Below are positions 63,424 through 64,000 of a DNA stretch of 64,000 bases, in pieces. The stretch covers positions 25,668,001 to 25,732,000 of the forward strand of contig CM126214.1 in assembly GCA_052327205.1 (NCBI GenBank), written 5' to 3'. Every line of letters begins with the position of its first letter. The stretch's first letter is position 1. The notes beneath the pieces were generated by a model that was not told the DNA's origin, searched no databases, and saw only the letters and a list, made by a program, of their open reading frames with translations. The DNA is from Somniosus microcephalus (lineage: Eukaryota). Made by a program: the position numbers and the translations under genes.

Positions 63424-64000
63424 AGATCTGAACCACTGGCTGTGGGGAATTCACAAGCGAAATGATTTTAGTGTTGGTCGTCAATTAACAACAGTAAGGT
63501 ATCAGAGCAGACTTCTGCTCATGAAGCACAAAAATGAGTGTGTCTAAAATGAACATAGCTCAAAAGTACTAAATTTTCAGGTCAAAGACATGAGCTATCA
63601 TAACTAGCTTCACGACCCTGCTTGAATTCCTAGCAGGAACAAAAATGACTTTCCTGCAATTCAGGGGAACTGCACCTTAAACTGTTGATTGTGGGCATTG
63701 CTGAACCTATCCACTGCATTGCTGTCAGGAACAGGCAGGGCCAATTTCCTGATTTTTTAAATTTTGTGTTCAGCAACATTGTCTTGAAGCATAAAGCTCC
63801 AAATATGGGCAATGGTTACCACCATATACTTAGGACACAAGTTTCATTGATCACAATCAGAGGGAGGGATGGGACAAGGCCAAAGAGGTATTTAAACACA
63901 TGGATGAGGGACTCAAATCTATCCATAGTGGTGCAGGTAAAAAGGTTAACCTTGGCAACGACAGAAATAATTGTGGGGGGCGGTGAAAAGAATGGGATTT

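Noticed and set aside
1-64000. Most short ORFs in the six-frame track as standalone genes; prokaryotic-type systems (operons, CRISPR)
   Set aside because: This is eukaryotic intron-rich DNA. The ORFs are TE fragments, their antisense frames or chance. No regularly spaced repeat array was seen.

Overview
Vertebrate nuclear DNA, almost certainly from a cartilaginous fish: it carries HE1 V-SINE and Deu-domain SINEs plus abundant CR1, L2, Penelope and RTE fragments. Three genes are visible. (1) The 3' half of AP3D1 (AP-3 delta adaptin), minus strand: 18 phase-consistent GT-AG exons from 63311 down to the stop at 27901. (2) An Ig-superfamily gene, minus strand: leader exon 17579-17663, Ig exons 14193-14549 and 11208-11528. 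Domain 1 carries the BTLA cysteine pattern, domain 2 has CD160-like motifs, and no transmembrane/ITIM tail was found. (3) At the left edge, the terminal exon (535-896, +) of a probable paired-like homeobox gene, ending in a divergent SHOX-like OAR motif. Other notable observations: a candidate 24-nt microexon in AP3D1; a CR1 LINE that starts exactly at an AP3D1 splice donor, in frame with the exon; Penelope elements with minimal hammerhead ribozymes, one with a 16-bp TSD and 36-bp inverted ends; and several MITEs. Family assignments rest on recalled motifs, not database searches.
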